Assembly: GCF_009914755.1 (NCBI RefSeq)
Contig: NC_060942.1
From: the human T2T-CHM13v2.0 reference genome, Homo sapiens
Strand: one strand, 5' to 3'
DNA: 64,000 bases
A program made the translations under genes and the position numbers. Every line of letters starts with the position of its first letter. Within the stretch, counting starts at the first letter, position 1. Positions 62,261 to 64,000 of this stretch are shown here, one piece after another. The notes beneath the pieces are model-generated. The model did no database searches, was not told the origin of the DNA, and saw only the letters and a program-made list of their open reading frames with translations.

Positions 62261-62776
62261 TCACAGAATGCTTAACATATTAAAATGTATAAAGTAAGCT
62301 GTAGCTTATTTTATCTTCCCTTTATCATATTGAAATATTTTTCTTCTATTGCTAATTTGTCAAGATATTTTATCATAAATGCATTTGACATAATCCTGGA
62401 ATTATTTTCTTTTGTTCTATTGAAAAAGCAAATTCAGTTGATTAGTTTTGAAAATTGTAAATCATCCTTGAATTCCTTGATAAAATCCACTTGTTCACAT
62501 GATCTTTTTCATATATTGCTATATTTAAATGACTAACATATTTTAAAGAAATTTTGCACTTAAATTCATAAAATGCACTGATACATATTTCCTTATGATA
62601 TATTTTGTTATCATGGCTCTCTGGCCTTATAAAATGAATTAGAAATTGTTCCCATCTTTTCATTTTCTGAAATAAAGTGTCTTTAATTTGTTATAATTTC
62701 TTTTTAAAATATTTTATAGAATTTAACAATCAAGTCATATGGGCATGAAAAATCTTTTGTGAGAATGCTTTTAATG

Positions 62777-63137
62777 CAGTCATGCATCATTTAATTGTGG
62801 GGATACATTTTGATAAATATGTCATTAGGTGATTTCGTCATTGTGTGAACATCCTAGAGTGTACTTACACAAACATAGATGGTATATCTGATTACACACG
62901 TAGGTTACATGGCAAAGCCTATTGCTTCTAGTCTATATAAATGTACAGCACTTACTGTACTGAATACTTTTGTCAATTACAATGCAATTGAAAGTATTTC
63001 TGTATCTAAACATACCTAAAAGTAGAAAAGATTTAGTAAAAATGTGGTATAAAAGATGACATCTACACAGCACAGCTCCATTATAATCTTATGGGACCAC
63101 CATCATATATGCAGTCTATGATGAACTGAAATATCAA
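62777..63137. mobile_element. Tigger3-derived non-autonomous element (Tigger3a/MER7-like)
   Basis: CAGTCATGCATCATTTAA..GGGGATACATTTTGATAAATATGTCATTAGGTGATTTCGTCATTGTGTGAACATC.TAGAGTGTACTTACACAAAC.TAGATGGTATA...TTATAATCTTATGGGACCACCATCATATATGCAGTC; right terminal repeat eroded. Confidence 0.88.
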
Positions 63138-63624
63138 TATACATTTTTCTTTAAGCACTGTTGAGCTACATTCTGTAAGTATTCATGTTTTATTTTCATT
63201 ATCATTTCTTTGAAATACTTTATAATTTTTTGTGATTTCTTGTTTGCTTGTAGCTCATTTCGAAGTATGTAATTTGGTTTGCAAATATTTGGGCTTTCGT
63301 AGGTGCATATTATTACTTTCTAATTGCATTTTTTTGATGTCAGAGAATATTCTATGCAGAATTCAAAATTGGCCAAGTAAATTGAGCCTTATGTTATGGT
63401 CTGGTGTATGACCTATCTTGGGGAAAACATCATGTGCATTCGAAAACCATAAGTATTTTTCAGTTATTTTCTGCAAAATATAATATAAATATCAAATAGT
63501 TCATAGGGCCTAATTGTGTTATTCAGATATTCAATTTCATTACTAAGAAAGATATGTTAAAACATTTAATTATGGTTTTGCATATCTACATAGCTATATC
63601 TATCTATCTGTTTTCAATTTTATC

Positions 63625-64000
63625 AGAACTACAAACCACTGTTCATCGAAATAAAAGAGGACACAAACAAATGGAAAAATTTTCCATGGTCATAGATGGG
63701 AAGAATCAATATCGTGAAAATGGCCACACTGCCCAAAGTAATTTATAGATTCAATGCTGTCCCCATCAAACTACCATTGACTTTCTTCACGGAAGTAGAA
63801 AAACTACTTTAAATTTCATATGGAACCAAAAAAGAGCCCATATAGACAAGACAATCCTAAGCAAAAAGAACAAAGCTGGAGGCATCATGCTTCCTGACTT
63901 CAAACTATACTACAAGGCTACAGTAAACAAAACAGCATGATACTAGTACAGAAACAGATATATAGACTAATGAAACCAAATGGGGGCCTCAGAAATAATG
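63625..64000 (+). mobile_element. 5'-truncated L1PA ORF2 fragment, continues beyond the window
   Basis: agaactacaaaccactg..gaaataaaagaggacacaaacaaatggaa..gaagaatcaatatcgtgaaaatggcca.actgcccaaagtaatttatagattcaatgc..aagctggaggcatcatgct.cctgacttcaaactatactacaaggctacagta. Confidence 0.95.

Larger units (their letters stand above)
61300..63620 (-). mobile_element. L1ME-like ORF2 fragments, interrupted by MLT1 and Tigger3
   Basis: ttgttaaatttatat..gttttgatg; attctgtgaccttgctaaattcacttatttgttcta; ggccttataaaatgaattagaaattgttccc; gtcagagaatattctatg..atggtct..tatgacctatcttgg..atgtgcattcgaaaa. Confidence 0.75.

Overview
This is primate (very probably human or great ape) genomic DNA, not prokaryotic. 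It is AT-rich and CpG-poor, and roughly half is interspersed repeat: Alu, L1PA/L1MA/L1MC/L1ME, L2, MIR, MaLR/ERV LTRs, Tigger and MER5. I can support no intact protein-coding gene, tRNA, rRNA or CRISPR array. The ORF-track entries are chance ORFs or pieces of dead L1 ORF2, Tigger1 transposase, THE1 and Alu. The clearest structures are a near-full-length Tigger1 (31935-36432) carrying a two-LTR THE1 provirus, a 3.7-kb L1MA, and several nested insertions with readable target-site duplications (TSDs). Four observations stand out. (1) An L1PA13-like insertion has a 5' junction containing a twin-priming micro-inversion plus an inverted copy of its own target site, and an L1PA8-like element later inserted into that copy (38409-40507). 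(2) A perfect NF-kB site lies 10 bp from a perfect ISRE/IRF site in apparently unique DNA (43154-43186). (3) A THE1 solo LTR keeps a perfect DUX4 motif, TATA box and splice donor (2539-2899), and candidate + strand non-coding exons lie downstream. (4) Several deletion junctions carry templated insertions. I found no evidence for a new multi-gene biological system. Repeat subfamily calls come from recalled consensus sequences and need RepeatMasker/Dfam confirmation; boundaries of old repeats are approximate.
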